64,000 bases of DNA, taken from positions 9,591 through 73,590 of the forward strand of contig DASPXO010000245.1 of the NCBI GenBank assembly GCA_035637235.1, given 5' to 3'. This DNA is from Gemmatimonadales bacterium (lineage in GTDB: Bacteria > Gemmatimonadota > Gemmatimonadetes > Gemmatimonadales > GWC2-71-9). Under the pieces are notes generated by a model. The model was given only the letters and a program-made list of their open reading frames with translations. It was not told the origin of the DNA and did not search any database. The position numbers and the translations under genes were made by a program. Positions 62,323 to 64,000 of this stretch are shown piece by piece. The stretch's first letter is position 1; every line of letters begins with the position of its first letter.

Positions 62323-63362
62323 GCTCCCCGCCTCCCCGGCGGATCGATCTCCGGAGCGACACCGTCACGCAGCCCTCGCCGGCGATGCGGCGCGCCATGG
62401 CCGACGCCCTAGTCGGCGACGACGTCCTGGATGGCGACCCCACGACCCGGCGGCTCGAGCAGCGCGTCGCGCAGCTGCTCGGCCAGGAGGACGCGCTGTT
62501 CTTCCCGTCCGGGACGCAGGCGAACCAGACCGCGATCGCCTTGCTCACGCGCCCGGGCACCGAGCTGCTGCTCGAGGCCAACGCTCACCTCGTGCACTAC
62601 GAGCTCGCAGGGGTCGCGGCGAACTGGGGCGTGCAGATCCGGCCGGTCGCGACGCCCGACGGGCTCCTGACGGGGGAGCTGGTGCGCGCGGCGCTGCGCC
62701 CCGCGTCGCCCCACGTGCCGCGCCCCGGTGCCGTGGCCGTCGAGAACACGCACAACGCCGCGGGCGGCAAGGTCCTGCCCCCGGCGGCGCTGGCCGACAT
62801 CGCCGCCGCGGCGGCGCAGATGGGCGTGCGCGTGCATCTCGACGGCGCGCGCCTCTGGAACGCGGCCGCCGCCCTCGGCATCCCGCCCGCGCGGCTCACG
62901 GCCGGCGTCGCCACCGTGATGGTGAGCTTCTCCAAGGGCCTCGGCTGCCCGGTGGGCTCGTGCCTCGCCTTCGGGGCGGGCGAGCGCGCGCGCGCCTGGG
63001 AGATCCGCAAGCGGCTCGGGGGAGGCATGCGGCAGTCGGGCATCCTCGCCGCCGCGGCCCTGTACGCCCTCGACCACAACGTCGGCCGCCTGGCCCACGA
63101 CCACGAGCACGCGAAGCTCCTGGCGGAGCGCCTGTGCGACTGTCCGACCGTCCGAGCGTCCGTCCCCGAAACCAACATCGTGATGATCGATCTCCTGCGC
63201 GAGACCGACGCGGCCGATCGCGTGATTCCGAAGCTCGCCCAGGCGGGCGTGCTGGTGGTGCCGTTCGGTCCGCGGCGACTGCGCGCGGTGACACACCTCG
63301 ACGTGACCCGGCAAGACGCAGAGCGGGCGGCGGAGGTGCTCGCACGGGTGCTGGGCGGATAG
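62319..63362 (+). CDS. ltaE: Low-specificity L-threonine aldolase
   Basis: DLRSDTVT.P...M..AM, GDDV..DDP, GTQANQ, HLDGARL.NA and SFSKGLG (PLP Lys) motifs. ATGA overlap. Confidence 0.88.
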   Translation: MSSPPPRRIDLRSDTVTQPSPAMRRAMADALVGDDVLDGDPTTRRLEQRVAQLLGQEDALFFPSGTQANQTAIALLTRPGTELLLEANAHLVHYELAGVAANWGVQIRPVATPDGLLTGELVRAALRPASPHVPRPGAVAVENTHNAAGGKVLPPAALADIAAAAAQMGVRVHLDGARLWNAAAALGIPPARLTAGVATVMVSFSKGLGCPVGSCLAFGAGERARAWEIRKRLGGGMRQSGILAAAALYALDHNVGRLAHDHEHAKLLAERLCDCPTVRASVPETNIVMIDLLRETDAADRVIPKLAQAGVLVVPFGPRRLRAVTHLDVTRQDAERAAEVLARVLGG

Positions 63363-63396
63363 CGCGCCGGGCCTCGCCCGTGGTTATCTTGGGCGA

Positions 63397-64000
63397 ATGG
63401 GCGCAGACGCCCCCCTCCATCAGCCGATCCCGGTCGCCGGGTCCATCCTGTGGAGCCCCGGTGGCGAGGCTCCCCGGCGCCCGGGCGACACCCCGTTTCC
63501 GATCTTCATCGCGCAGCCCGCACTGGCGGCCATCCACGAGCACCTCGCGGGGCCGCCGCGTCCGGGACAGGGTCTGATGGGCTTCCTCGTGGGGGACCTG
63601 TGCGAATGCCCCGAGACGCACGTATCCTACGTCCTCATCGATTCCGCGTTGCGACTCAACCAGCCGATCTACGGCGACCGCACGACCGACGTCGTCACCC
63701 GGCTGTGGGATCGGATCGCGGAGCAGACACGAGAGCAGCAAGGACACCTGATCGGCTGGTATCACACCCATCCACCCCTCCCGATCGTGCTCTCCCTACT
63801 CGACGTGGAGACGCACGAGCGCTACTTCGCCGAGCCGTGGCAGGTGGCCATGATCGTTGGCACGGGTTCGGACGGCCTGGAGCCGGAAGCCGCGTTCTTC
63901 CGCGCCGCCGCAGTCGACGCATGGCACAACACGCCGCTCCAGTTCTACGAGCTCCTGGGCGAGGAGTCGCTGCGGCCGGGCGGAAAGAAGCGCTCGTTCG
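63397..64000 (+). CDS. JAMM/MPN+ domain protein, 3' end outside the window
   Basis: Open frame from ATG 63397 to the window edge. It is absent from the ORF track because there is no stop. GWYHTHPPLPIVLSLLD fits the HxHx7Sx2D JAMM zinc motif, with a candidate upstream Glu in AIHEHL. Confidence 0.6.
   Translation, partial: MGADAPLHQPIPVAGSILWSPGGEAPRRPGDTPFPIFIAQPALAAIHEHLAGPPRPGQGLMGFLVGDLCECPETHVSYVLIDSALRLNQPIYGDRTTDVVTRLWDRIAEQTREQQGHLIGWYHTHPPLPIVLSLLDVETHERYFAEPWQVAMIVGTGSDGLEPEAAFFRAAAVDAWHNTPLQFYELLGEESLRPGGKKRSF

Overview
Very GC-rich (judged by eye, not computed), densely coding chromosomal segment. I call about 55 protein genes. Many are joined by 1-4 nt start/stop overlaps (ATGA, GTGA, TGATG). 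I found no rRNA, tRNA, CRISPR array, transposase, integrase or phage gene.

Gene content, in order:
- Tail of the spc ribosomal operon (rplO-secY-adk-map), which stops abruptly.
- A 1,307-aa secreted lipoprotein built from three metallophosphoesterase modules and PKD domains.
- Housekeeping and metabolic genes: fused formiminotransferase-cyclodeaminase, suhB-like, trpS, mgtC, a 2-hydroxyacid dehydrogenase, a pilT-like ATPase, a dapA-like gene, purA, ypdA, glycerate kinase, glyQS, hsp20, an HDAC-like gene, corA, a dipeptide epimerase, priA, fur, pdaD, ccdA and ggt.
- A cell-envelope neighbourhood: murQ-anmK-nagZ; a four-gene FHA / Ser-Thr kinase / PP2C / FHA-protease cassette; an Amidase_3 lipoprotein; an HExxH-PD40-Omp85-like outer-membrane protein; a GWxTD-like protein; and a kinase-PEGA-TonB_C protein.
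- nrdJ, two paralogous zinc-ribbon ORFs flanking a MOSC gene, marR, pyk, an MBL hydrolase, a class II aldolase, ytxH, yihY, ltaE and a truncated JAMM/MPN+ gene.

Most unusual observations:
- The translationally coupled FHA/kinase/phosphatase cassette, which ends in a membrane-spanning FHA-trypsin-like protease.
- The uncharacterised zinc-ribbon paralog pair.
- The triple phosphoesterase in which only the middle module keeps its catalytic motifs.
- Intergenic hairpins built from 7-8 nt tandem repeats. One of them lies inside the 5' end of an ORF.
- An orphan minus-strand terminator that defines a candidate small RNA.
- A recurring TTGACN-17/18-TAnnTT promoter-like pattern, often close enough to the start codon to imply leaderless mRNAs.

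Taxon is not determinable here. The gene families and the promoter shape are compatible with an FCB-group or Gemmatimonadota-like organism, but that is a low-confidence inference. All homology calls come from reading motifs by eye. No database search was run.
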